A stretch of 50,371 bases of DNA, taken from Octopus bimaculoides (taxonomy: Eukaryota). Of the stretch, positions 11,341 through 22,693 are shown piece after piece. A model generated the notes under the pieces. The model did not search any database. It was given only the letters and a program-made list of their open reading frames with translations, and was not told the origin of the DNA. Numbering within the stretch: the first letter of the stretch is position 1; the number at the start of each line of letters is the position of its first letter. Made by a program: the position numbers and the translations under genes. Location of the stretch: the NCBI RefSeq assembly GCF_001194135.2, contig NC_068987.1, forward strand, positions 56,019,874-56,070,244, in the 5' to 3' direction.

Positions 11341-12570
11341 ATTTTCTGTTCGGTCAAAATAAATATATTTTTATTATGAATCCGTAACCTTTAACATTAA
11401 ACTATATTTGGCATGTGTATTCTTAAAATCGTGTTGATTTATAAAACAGCGTTTATCTCTCGTTCTATTGTCAAATATATAATAAATAATAAAGAAAAGC
11501 CAAAAACCAAGGAAACAATTTTCTTTCAACTTTGTTCATTTCAGCTATTTAAAAGTAGATGTTTCTCAGTCTCTTCAAATTAAATACATTGCAAGATAAA
11601 TGTTATATGTAAATACAAGAAACTTAGAAATACATGGCAGTGAATGCGGGGTTGCGACGGTCAAGAGCAACGCAAATAAAATGTAATTCAAAAGATGGAG
11701 GGATATTACACGACAGTCATTCGTTAGTCATGAGAGCAGACTGTCAATCAATTACCGGATGAAGGATTATGGGATACTGTTATATGAGGTACATAATGCA
11801 ACCTTCTTAAAATAACGGTTTCACTCACCTGTTTAACTGTCTCGGGTGGGTTAAAGCTGAAGGCGCATTTTGTCAAACATAAACAGCGTAAAATTAGTTC
11901 TGTATTATTGTTCCTTTTGTACTTGGTATTTTATATCTTGTAAGACAGGGTCCTAACTATGAGGCCCATATAGCGTTATATGGGCTTCACAGTAACAGAG
12001 CTGAAAGCATATTTTCTGTTAAAGATAGGTTTAAATTGGGAGAATTCCGTTGTATTAAGAGTAGTTCTCAACACTTTCACGGAGTACGTTGCTGTGAACA
12101 GTACTCGGCACTTTCACAGAGAACATTGGTCTTGGTAGTAGTATAGAGTAGTAGGGGTGTGTGACAAAGTTGCTGCGATTCTTGTTGTTCTTTGACTTTG
12201 TTTTACTAGTTAAGCATGAGGAAACTTTCACTGAGTAGGCACATAACGAAGACATTACAGCCAAGACAGTAGAGGACGATATAAGACGGATTTGACTGTT
12301 ATTTCTAGATCAATCAATCACATAGACCTATCCTCAAGCGTTTAACTTGATGTCTTATTATTGAAGAAAATTATATGGGATTGAGGCTGACATGATTAGT
12401 GATGTGGTTTTCTTCTCCGACAAAGCGGAAGAGGGGTAGAAGAGAACTGGGTGAGAGCAATCAATTTGATTTATTTAAAATGATTAACCCTCCAGTTTCC
12501 CTTGATAAAAGGAGCTTGTGGGAAAGCATATACCCAGAATAGGGATAACCCAAGGTGGAAGACACTTTCT

Positions 12571-12779
12571 TTTATTCTTTTATTCTTTTACTTGAAGGAT
12601 TTTAGTCGAACAAATCGACCCCAGGACTTATTTTTAAAACCTATTACTTGTTATATTGGTTTCTTTTGCCGAACCGCTAAGTTACGGGGACGTAAATACA
12701 CCGATTATCAAGCGGTGATGGGGGGGGGACAAACACAAAGTTACATTCACACAAATATATACATACATACATACATGCA

Positions 12780-12811
<32 letters not shown>

Positions 12812-12833
12812 CATATACATATGTGTGTGTGTG

Positions 12834-12871
<38 letters not shown>

Positions 12872-13033
12872 CACACATTCTTTCAGTTTCCGTCTACCAT
12901 ATCCACTCACAAGGCTTTCGCTGGCCCGAGACTATATTAGAAGACACATGTCCAGGGCGCTAGGCAATGAGAGTGAACCTGGAGACATGTGGTTGGAAAT
13001 CAAGCTTCTTAATACGCAGCCAAGCTTGTGTCT
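12571..13033 (-). mobile_element. SINE family AB, diverged, nearly full length
   Basis: Tail, GCCGAACCGCTAAGTTACGGGGACG, internal (ACAT)n/(TG)n, CAGTTTCCGTCTACC, degenerate head. Confidence 0.85.
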
Positions 13034-14807
13034 ATATATAATATATATTGTTTATATATTGCACATGCAAAAATATGTGTATATATATATATAAATATAT
13101 ATATATATCCACTTAGAGAATTGATGTATAAACATGAAAGAATAAGTCTATGGTAATTAAGAGCTAATTGATAATAACAAGATATTAATATCCAACACAT
13201 TATCAGATTGCAACAAATCCAAGCGGGACCGACCCTCACAGATATACATAATCGGCTAAAACGTTCTTTAAAAGTGTAAATTTCATATATAGTCCAGATT
13301 TTAGCTTCATTTAATAGTTGCTTCATTAAGATAAACACCACCAAATGTATAAATACAAAATTATAATACGTAATTTAAGTTTGATTAAGTTAACTCAAAT
13401 TAATTAAGAAACAGTGTTTACCCAAATCACTAGGAATGATAAAAACGTTACTAGTTTAAATACATCGAGACAGAATTTTTTTTGTGATAACCATAATATA
13501 ACATTCCTGATGATTTGGGTAAACAATATTTTAAAATTAATTTGATTTAAATTACATTGATTTGAATTAATTATTATCACTATTATGTACTTAAAATTTT
13601 GGTGGTATTTATCTTAATGAAACAGGCGTTGAATGCAATTAAAGTATGAATTATATATGAAATTTGTTTTTCTGCTTTTATACCATATCTATCNNNNNNN
13701 NNNNNNNNNNNNNNNNNNNNNNNNNNNNNNNNNNNNNNNNNNNNNNNNNNNNNNNNNNNNNNNNNNNNNNNNNNNNNNNNNNNNNNNNNNNNNNNNNNNN
13801 NNNNNNNNNNNNNNNNNNNNNNNNNNNNNNNNNNNNNNNNNNNNNNNNNNNNNNNNNNNNNNNNNNNNNNNNNNNNNNNNNNNNNNNNNNNNNNNNNNNN
13901 NNNNNNNNNNNNNNNNNNNNNNNNNNNNNNNNNNNNNNNNNNNNNNNNNNNNNNNNNNNNNNNNNNNNNNNNNNNNNNNNNNNNNNNNNNNNNNNNNNNN
14001 NNNNNNNNNNNNNNNNNNNNNNNNNNNNNNNNNNNNNNNNNNNNNNNNNNNNNNNNNNNNNNNNNNNNNNNNNNNNNNNNNNNNNNNNNNNNNNNNNNNN
14101 NNNNNNNNNNNNTATATATATATATATATTTGTGTGTGTGTGTGTGTGTGTGTGCGTGTGTGTGTGTGTGCGTGTGTGTGTGTGTGCGTGTGTGTGTGTG
14201 TATGTGAAAGTGTGTACATATATACATATATACGTACGAACCTCCGTAGAATGTATGTATGTATGTCGATATCTAATCTAGATGAATAGGTCCGACCTGA
14301 TTAAGGTAACAGAAGAAGAAGCAATAATGTTCGTGATACAGGAGCAAGCTATCTCCACTATATATATTCTACATACAAACCTTCACCCAAGTAAGCGTTC
14401 ATTCGTTTCATTTTATCATTAAATTTTCTATGCTTTCGTGGCTCACACAAAACTGCCTTAAGGCAAAGTTTTCTTGCAGGCGTATGCCCTCAGCCCGGGT
14501 GCCAATCTCCACCTATTTACAAACACGGTAACAATCTCCCAGTCTATCGAGCAACGAACAGCTCGGGCATGATTATGCGCTAAAGCAAAAACAAATGACA
14601 CCATGTATTTTTCAAAGCAGTTGACCACATTGTATTAGGATAGCTTTGACTGGATCTGACAAAACATATTTAGAGAAAAAAAACATAAAGTTATTCTACA
14701 CACAACTAGCCATCTAATTTCAACTATTCAAAGGAAAAATTTTGTTCTACTCCTATATCCTCCCTCTGAATTAAAAGTGTCAATGTTGAAATACTATAGA
14801 ATGCGCA

Positions 14808-15118
14808 TCACCTTGAGCAAGTGTTTTTACTATAACCCCAGGCCGACAAATGCCTTGTGAGTGAATTTGCTAGACGAAAACTGCCGAAGTTCATTGTTTA
14901 ATATATATGTGTATGTGGATAAGTGTGCGCTTGTGTGTGTTTCTGTGTATGTGTAGGTATATATAGGTGTGAGTCTTTGTGTTTGTGTTTCTCCCCCACC
15001 ACTAGACAAGAAAGACCGATAGAGTAAGTAGCGAACTGAAAAGTAAATCTTTGGGTCGACTAAACCTGGCGATGCCCCAGCACGGCAGAAGCAAAAAGAG
15101 AATAGAAAAATAGAATAC
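14808..15118 (+). mobile_element. SINE family AB, old 5'-truncated copy
   Basis: CACCTTGAGCAAGTG..GCCTTGTGAGTGAATTTGCTAGACG, then mixed TA/TG repeat, then GACCGATAGAGTAAGTA..GGGTCGACTAAA. Confidence 0.7.
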
Positions 15119-15437
15119 AGACTGACCACTAGACAGCAGCGTCATAAACTTGGCGTTTTCTATATCAAAAATGACAAAAGCATATTAATTATCGACAGAG
15201 CAATAGCAAATAACTCCAATGTTGTTTTGAAGCGAACTAAAAAGATAAGGAATTAAAGGAAAGTAGCTATTGACTAAACAACATTGTGGCAGTTAAAGTA
15301 AGCTCCGAAAAATCTCATTTGGAAATGACAAGACTGGAGACATAGATACGGAATCTTTGTTTAAAAACGTCGATAGATTTAATACAAGGATAAACACAAG
15401 CTATTCATCTCTGTACCACTGTATTGACCACACAATC

Positions 15438-15710
15438 GGTTGCTGTTACACATCACTAGTCACAATGCGCTTTCTTGCATTGTTGTAGCTTTCGAATGAT
15501 GCCACTCCGCTGGCTAGGCGGACAGGCCTATATCTCCGCCCCTGCACGGATCATCAGTCCGTCGTAGAGTTACCCATTTACTGCTGAGTGGATAGGAACA
15601 ATTGTAATGAAGTATTTTACACAAGAACACAAAGCACGACCGGTCCAGGAATCGAAGCCATGTTCTTGAAATTGTGAGTGCAGCACCCTAACCACTAGGT
15701 GATGCACCTT
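15438..15710 (-). mobile_element. tRNA-headed SINE with CORE-like and V-like blocks (family V, old)
   Basis: Minus-strand head CACCTAGTGGTTAGGGTGCTGCACTCAC..TTCGATTCC, then TGTGTTCTTGTGTAAAATACTTCA and CGACGGACTGATGATCC. Confidence 0.6.
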
Positions 15711-16352
15711 TACAATCTATTCAAAGGATATATAAATGGTTGCTGTTTATTTCCGGCAGGTGAGATAGCCATGTAAACGCTCCCTCATTGGGAAAGAAGG
15801 TTTATATTAGTAGCGTTGTAAGGTTTGCAATTAAACTTCAGCAAAATGAATTTAATATAAAGTGTAGACAATACACGTATAATTACGATAGTTGTGGTAC
15901 AATCATATTTCTTAATATTTTCAGTGAGCATGATATTTTTTATGTGTCTACAAAGAAATTGAAAATGTAATATTGTTTTGCACTGATAAAATAAACTTTT
16001 ATTTTATTTTTTAGATATATAACACAATCAATATTAGGAAAGGAAAACTAAGAAAACACGATGTGTGTGTGTGTGTGCGCGCGCGTGTGTGCGTGCGTAT
16101 CTGTGTGTGTTTTTGTGTATATATGTGGGGGAGGGGGGTGTATGAATATGCGTATGTGTGTGTAAACGCCAACATACACACAAATACATGAAAAGAAGAG
16201 TACTCAGTACGTAATGTTATTCATATTCTGATTTCGAAATTGAAAATTCGCTATTAGTTACTCTTATGTATCAAGTTTCATCTAGAATCTAGAAAGCATG
16301 AAATTGAAGACTCTAAAATAACTACTAGAATATGTATGTATATATATATATA

Positions 16353-16459
16353 GGGAGAATTGACAAAAAACAACAGACGAAGACAAGTAGTGTGGAAAAC
16401 AAAAAGATGTATTAGTATAACGCTCGGGAATTGAAAAAGTCTTTAACGTTTCGAGCCTA
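16353..16459 (-). mobile_element. Short repeat resembling a Penelope-like element terminal repeat
   Basis: Minus strand reads TAGGCTCGAAACGTTAAAGAC..TTCCCGAGCGTTATACTAATAC; similar to 17864-17978 and bounded by (TA)n. Confidence 0.45.
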
Positions 16460-16468
16460 ATATATATA

Positions 16469-16735
16469 TATTAGAAGAATTTGTACTACATTTTTGCAGA
16501 GTTTTGAATTTATTTAAAACATTTTTTTTGCAATTGTCTGATAATACAGACATAGACTTGCCTAAATGCATCAATAAATTAACATTGGTATTTTTTTTTC
16601 ACCGTTGTTACAATCATCTGAACTGGAACTGTCAAAGCGCGATATTCGAGCAATTTTGCTATTCAATTTCAAAAAAAAGGACGTAAAGCAGCTGAAACTG
16701 CTCGCGATATCAACGAAACGTTCGCTTCGGACAAC
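16469..16735 (+). mobile_element. Mariner transposase 5' fragment (Hsmar1/SETMAR-like N-terminus)
   Basis: ELSKRDIRAILLFNFKK, +1 frameshift in an A-run, then GRKAAETARDINETF. Matches the mariner N-terminal motif IRxIxLxxFKxGRKAAETARxIN. Confidence 0.8.
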
Positions 16736-16891
16736 TGTAATTTCCAGTAAGTGTTTGCTATTGTTTATTGAAAGGTGTTGTAGTGTTTTGTGCTGCTTTG
16801 CAGCTGTTGTATGATTGTGCTGTCCCTCAGCGTTTTGAGGAGAGATGACAGAGTTTGAAATTTTTTTATTCCGACCTGACTGAAATGGAGA

Positions 16892-17773
16892 ATGTCGGTG
16901 ACAGAATTGTCATCGTCTGAGGAAGAACTGGTCAGGGCTATCAACAAAATAGAAAATTCTTTACAGGGGAAAAGTTTTGTAAAAGTGGCAGGTATCTCTA
17001 AGAAGGAGGTGAGTCTGGAAAACCTAAAGAAATTTGGAAAAATGCTGGAGAAGGAGGGTGGTGACGTGAAATTGTCACCACCGAATGAGGTACTTCAAAA
17101 AATGGAAAAAAGCAGAATTGCTTATAAAGTGTATTCTATCAAGGAGAGAAGAATTGAAAATGAGGCTACGGAGGAAACAGAGAAGGCAATGAGACCAATC
17201 TAGCAAGATATATCATATCTTACCAGAGGAAGCAGTTACCACACTGTTGTTGTGCATTCCAAAGAGAAAGAAAGGGCAAGGGAGCAGTCGGTAAATACAA
17301 TGAAGACGGAAAGGGTGATTCTCCTACCTACATACCTTGGAAGAAGAACTTCCAGGGTCAGGGTAGAAGGAATCCCCCCTGAAATAGACGCGGCTTGGAT
17401 GGTAGCGGCAGAACCTCTTGGAAATGAGAAGGAAGTGGCAGTGCTCCAAGCCACAGAAACAGAAATAAGGAATTGGCGAGGCAAAGTTCTGGGTATGTTG
17501 ATCCAAATTTCAGTAGAAAATATGGAAAGACTGGCAGAAACGGTGTCAGTAGGTGATACAGTGATGAAAAAGGCCACATTAGAGCGGACTGCCCTAAAAA
17601 AAACCATCATGCACAGAAGGTCAAGAAGGAGGAAACTGACGAGGAAGGATGGAGAGTAGCTGGAAGGAGAGAACAGAGGAAGTGGAAGAAGGACAGTCAA
17701 AGTGGACCCCCAACCCGTACCCACCCACCCACACCCTCTCAATCCCACCCTCCAACTGCAGACACTAAACCCG
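16892..17773 (+). mobile_element. Probable ORF1 (gag-like) remnant of a non-LTR retrotransposon, L1/Tx1-like
   Basis: One reading frame from ATG 16892 to the SINE at 17774, broken only by TAG at 17201 and 17657. Purine-rich and GC-elevated; contains RTSRVRVEGIPPEI, like the RRM-start motif of L1/Tx1 ORF1; no zinc knuckle seen. Confidence 0.5.
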
Positions 17774-17975
17774 CCTCTTTTACTGAACCGCTAAGTTACG
17801 GGGACGTAAACACAGACACACAAACATTTGCACACACATATATACATACACATGCATATATATCTACGCCCGAAACGTCATACACTCTCTCTTTCCTTTC
17901 CTGAGCGTCCAATAATACTATCCATATCACGTCCTCACTTTGTTGTTTTTTTGTTTTTTTGTTATTGTTTTTTTG

Positions 17976-18018
<43 letters not shown>

Positions 18019-18169
18019 ACGGGCTTCTTTCAGTTTCCGTCTACCACAAGGCTTTGGTCGGCCCAAGTCTATAGTAGAAGACACTTGCCCAAGGTGCTAC
18101 GCAGTGGAACTGAACCCAGAACCATGTGGTCGGTAAGCAAGCTATTTACCACACAGCCACTCCTGCGCC
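17774..18169 (-). mobile_element. SINE family AB with a foreign repeat inside its microsatellite slot
   Basis: Head at 18169, CAGTTTCCGTCTACC, (TA)n, insert 17864-17978, then a partial 3' module GAACCGCTAAGTTACGGGGACG. Confidence 0.85.
17864..17978 (+). mobile_element. Penelope-like terminal-repeat-like fragment nested in a SINE
   Basis: CTACGCCCGAAACGTCATAC..TTCCTGAGCGT..AATAC..T-rich end; parallels the reverse complement of 16353-16459. Confidence 0.4.
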
Positions 18170-18630
18170 TAGCGACTTTGTGAAAATACTTGAAACTTTG
18201 TAAGGAGTCTGCAGCTGGAGATGTAGTCGTTAACCGTATAGCATATGCTTACAAATCTACGCATTTTCAAACATATACATATAATATAAATACACTGCTA
18301 CAAGCAATGTATTTATATGTATTGTTAGTTTGATATATAGCTGGTTAGAATCTTACCGTAGGTTTCGCGCTGACATTTGTTTAAGTGCAGTATTCGGATC
18401 GAAACAGAGGGTAACGTTTTGTCCAGTTGTATGTCATAACCAGATAACCAGTAATATACTGGTCGACTATATGTACAAATATAACCATTGAGTGTATTTT
18501 TCTCTGACTTATAGACAGCTACCTGATAATGCACAAAAACACACAGACACAAACACGTCTATATCTATCTACCTATAAATATATATATATATATATGTAT
18601 GTATACAGACACGCGCGCGCACGCACACAC

Positions 18631-18670
<40 letters not shown>

Positions 18671-19510
18671 NNNNNNNNNNNNNNNNNNNNNNNNNNNNNN
18701 NNNNNNNNNNNNNNNNNNNNNNNNNNNNNNNNNNNNNNNNNNNNNNNNNNNNNNNNNNNNNNNNNNNNNNNNNNNNNNNNNNNNNNNNNNNNNNNNNNNN
18801 NNNNNNNNNNNNNNNNNNNNNNNNNNNNNNNNNNNNNNNNNNNNNNNNNNNNNNNNNNNNNNNNNNNNNNNNNNNNNNNNNNNNNNNNNNNNNNNNNNNN
18901 NNNNNNNNNNNNNNNNNNNNNNNNNNNNNNNNNNNNNNNNNNNNNNNNNNNNNNNNNNNNNNNNNNNNNNNNNNNNNNNNNNNNNNNNNNNNNNNNNNNN
19001 NNNNNNNNNNNNNNNNNNNNNNNNNNNNNNNNNNNNNNNNNNNNNNNNNNNNNNNNNNNNNNNNNNNNNNNNNNNNNNNNNNNNNNNNNNNNNNNNNNNN
19101 NNNNNNNNNNNNNNNNNNNNNNNNNNNNNNNNNNNNNNNNNNNNNNNNNNNNNNNNNNNNNNNNNNNNNNNNNNNNNNNNNNNNNNNNNNNNNNNNNNNN
19201 NNNNNNNNNNNNNNNNNNNNNNNNNNNNNNNNNNNNNNNNNNNNNNNNNNNNNNNNNNNNNNNNNNNNNNNNNNNNNNNNNNNNNNNNNNNNNNNNNNNN
19301 NNNNNNNNNNNNNNNNNNNNNNNNNNNNNNNNNNNNNNNNNNNNNNNNNNNNNNNNNNNNNNNNNNNNNNNNNNNNNNNNNNNNNNNNNNNNNNNNNNNN
19401 NNNNNNNNNNNNNNNNNNNNNNNNNNNNNNNNNNNNNNNNNNNNNNNNNNNNNNNNATATAATACATGTATATATAATACATATATATATGTAATATGTA
19501 TAATATAAAC

Positions 19511-19541
<31 letters not shown>

Positions 19542-20049
19542 TGTATGTATGTATGTGTATATGTATATATAATGGAATAGCTTTAGAGCTTTGTAGAAGC
19601 GAGTGTCTTTGGAATGATAAAATGTATATTCTTTTTGCCGAACGGTTCCATTAAAAGAACTTTTGCCATTGTTTCGCTGTCGCTTCTTAAAACAACGTGA
19701 CAACAACAACTGCACTAACAATCACAAGAACAACAACATTAAAAGTATTATGAATGCATTCACGTTCATAAACAATAGTCGTTAAAAACTACTTCCTTCC
19801 CAAAAGGGACATCTTATTGTACTCTGTACTCTAAAAACTAGAAACTGCAGTAAAACCAACACGAACAACAGCAACAACAACAGCAGTAGCAGCAAAGCTA
19901 ATTGCTTCCGGTGTCTAACAGAGGTGCTCTTTTAAGGAAGCTATTGAAAGACTGGAACCAGTACAAGAACACCAGAAGAATACTATATGACAACTTTCCT
20001 AATACGAAGAATGGAATAAAGGAAATAGCAGTTGCCACTGCAACGGCAA

Positions 20050-20190
20050 CAGTGACTACCACTACTACTAGCACCACCACCACCGTCGCCGCCTCCACCA
20101 CACCACCATCACCAACACCGCCACCACCAAACCACTATCATCGACACCACCACTACTACTATTATTACTACTACTAATACTAATAGTAAG
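20050..20190. repeat. Compound trinucleotide repeat (CAC/CTA/TTA)n
   Basis: Directly visible; explains the Thr/Pro/His/Tyr runs of ORF 19902-20177. Confidence 0.9.
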
Positions 20191-20589
20191 AACAACAACA
20201 ACATCAACCAATAATCATAGTAAAATTTTTTTCATTTACCACAGAGGCATAATACTACCATTGCTAATACAGTCGATCCTCAGTAATCTAACAACACCTG
20301 AGTACTGAGGAATGCTAGATTAGTTGGTTTACCCAATGAGCAATGGTTTATACAACTAAACCACCCTATCTTATCTTTAAAATACCCCATAAGTATAATT
20401 TTCTTTTTCTTTATGTCATACACTGCCGAAAAGCTAATGTGTAATTCGCGCGAGCATCTCAGGTTTCTTTCAGAAGTTCGACTTTTATCCGTTACGGACT
20501 ATAAACAGTGTTTGAGCTTTTAAATCACTAAAAACTCTTCGTTTATGTCTAAGAACTATGGCTGAGATTAAATCTGAGCAGATTATAAT

Positions 20590-20726
20590 AATCCTCTCTA
20601 CTAAAGGCACAAGGTCTGAAATTTGGGTGGGAGGGAACTAGTCAATCACATCGACCCCAATGTTTCCCTGGTACTTAATTTATCGACCCCGAAAGGATGA
20701 AAGGAAAAGTCGACTCCGGCAGAATA
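20590..20726 (-). mobile_element. SINE family C (Nin/Deu-like domain), 5'-truncated, with 15-bp TSD
   Basis: TTTATCGACCCCGAAAGGATGAAAGGAAAAGTCGAC core; TGAGCAGATTATAAT repeated at 20575-20589 and 20727-20741. Confidence 0.85.
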
Positions 20727-21065
20727 TGAGCAGATTATAATGATAAATGCAGAAAAACGATTTAGAATGAGATATCGGTGTTTAGGAATTCGCACCAAAA
20801 GCTAATTCCTCAAACAATTCTTACCAAAACAGTAACAGCAGCTCGGCCTTCCCGATTTCCGGATTAGTGATAGCCGACTGCGCCTGAAATGTTGTTAGTA
20901 CGTAAACTAACAATGATATCTAACTCCAAAATGTGCAGGATGGTCGGGGTGGGGACAAAGCACTACTTGTGAAAGATAAAAGAAAAACCCAACTAGTTAT
21001 TAACGAATGAGTTCAAATAAAAGACGGCAATATATTCAGACATGAATTTAAAATGTAAATATATA

Positions 21066-21488
21066 GGCGTAGGATTGGCTGTGTGGTAAGTAGCTTGCTT
21101 ACCAACCACATGGTTCAGGGTTCAGTCCCACTGCGTGGCACCTTGGGCAAGTGTCTTCTACTATAGGTTGGCCTCGGGCCGGCCAAAGCCTAGTGAGTGG
21201 ATTTGGTAGACGGAAACTGAAAGAAGCCCGTCGTATATATATGTATATATATATATGTATGTGCGTGTATATGTTTGCGTGTCTGGGTTTGTCCCCCCAA
21301 CATCGCTTGACAACCGATGGTGGTGTGTTTACGTCCCCGTAACTTAGCGGTTCGGCAAAATACATCGATAGAATAAATACTAGGCTTCCAAAGAATATAA
21401 GTCCTGGGGGTCAATTTGCTCGACTAAAAGGTGGTGTTCCAGCATGGCCACAGTCAAATGACTGAAACAAGTAAAAGAGTAAAGGAGT
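21066..21488 (+). mobile_element. SINE family AB, full length, short internal repeat
   Basis: Complete head, CACCTTGGGCAAGTG, a short imperfect TA/TG slot, 3' module and GTAAAAGAGTAAAG tail. Confidence 0.92.
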
Positions 21489-21753
21489 ATATTAGAACTC
21501 CGTAGAAACAGAGTTTGACCTATCGATGCGGAGAAGCAGCGGCTTGACATGGAAAAACGCTCTAATATCTACCAATCCTACCCTGTCAAGTAACCTTACT
21601 ACAAAGGTTCTTCAGAGGAATCCCATTTCGACTGCTTGTATTTACGATCGCACTCTTTTAGTCATCACTAACTTTCATAACCATAGATGATAATAGGCAC
21701 TAAACGGAATTGGAGGTTGCGCATGCGTTTTTGTAACCAACTTCTCCTCTTCC

Positions 21754-21786
<33 letters not shown>

Positions 21787-21796
21787 NNNNNNNNNN

Positions 21797-21827
<31 letters not shown>

Positions 21828-22028
21828 TGCTGTTTTTGTTGTTGTTGTTGTTGTTTTCCTTGTTATTGCACTCCCGCTTTTGTTACTTAGAGTCATTCAC
21901 AAGCGCACTACATCCACATTCTCACAAATACACTAGTACTTATCTCTTTTCTTCTTCTTCCTCTTCTTCTTTTTCTTCTTTTTCTTCTTCTTCTTCTTCT
22001 TGTTTTCTTCTTCTTCTTCTCTCTTTCC

Positions 22029-22070
<42 letters not shown>
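21754..22070. repeat. Microsatellite cluster (TAG)n, (GTT)n, (CTT)n, (CT)n
   Basis: Directly visible. Confidence 0.93.
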
Positions 22071-22367
22071 CCCTCTACGTGGTTACAGAACCTAATAGAA
22101 ATAAAAGCTAGATGACCTTTACATCACGCTATTTCCTTACAAAAAGGTTTCCTTCTATAATGTGACCTTGGCTCCCCTGCACATATGAAAAATAACGTGA
22201 CGGTTATGGCTGGAATGATTTTGACTATAAATTCTTAAGCATAATGCATTTTTATTTGGTTTTATGACAGAAATAGTATTATTGCTTCTAATCATATTAC
22301 TTTTACCTCTCAGGCATTAATTTGAAGGACTTCCTGCTTTATAACCATAAAAAATGTTGTACCAGTT

Positions 22368-22693
22368 CTAACCATAACACCTTCTTATACTTTCATGCAA
22401 TTCAGACCACCTTATGGTCTCTGAAGACAAAATGGAAAGGGCGTTGCCCAGAATGGCGGCGAGGAAGATGCGCTGGAACAGTCACTTTGGTTCACGGGGC
22501 TCGCATTTGCGGATAGCCATCTCTGCGCCGATAGCGGTGAGCAAGGATATCGTCCGGGAACCGAGAACGCTGGAGGTCTCTACTGCTACAGGCTCAACCA
22601 TGGTCTGCTCAGCCGCGGTTGACCGAGGGCAAAACGACAGCAAAAACGTTTTTCTTGAATACGACAGAAAACATGTTCAAGCTGATAATCCAC
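22368..22693 (-). mobile_element. 3' end of a CRE-like non-LTR retrotransposon (restriction-like endonuclease C-terminus)
   Basis: Minus frame EPVAVETSSVLGSRTISLLTAIGAEMAIRKCEPREPK*LFQRIFLAAILGNALSILSS matches the CRE-clade pattern P(I/V)AVETxG..GEPRE..LFQRxSxAxxRGNA. One in-frame TGA at 22482-22484. Confidence 0.75.

Noticed and set aside
11821-11900. Minus-strand donor AG|GTGAGT at 11828 (a similar one lies at 30680)
   Set aside because: No matching strong acceptor or open frame; single 6-8-bp motifs are common.
19902-20177. 91-aa ORF with Thr/Pro/His runs
   Set aside because: The C-terminal half is trinucleotide repeat; the N-terminal half is unrecognisable.
20265-20335. TACAGTCGATCCTC, a Tigger/Tc1-like terminus with weak internal palindrome
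   Set aside because: No partner TIR found; too degenerate to call.
21718-21727. TGCGCATGCG NRF1-like palindrome
   Set aside because: A single motif between a SINE and microsatellites, without promoter context.
22414-22640. Plus-strand reading suggesting an RTE 3' end (RWNSH..NRERWRSLL)
   Set aside because: The minus-strand CRE-type translation fits far better over a longer contiguous frame.
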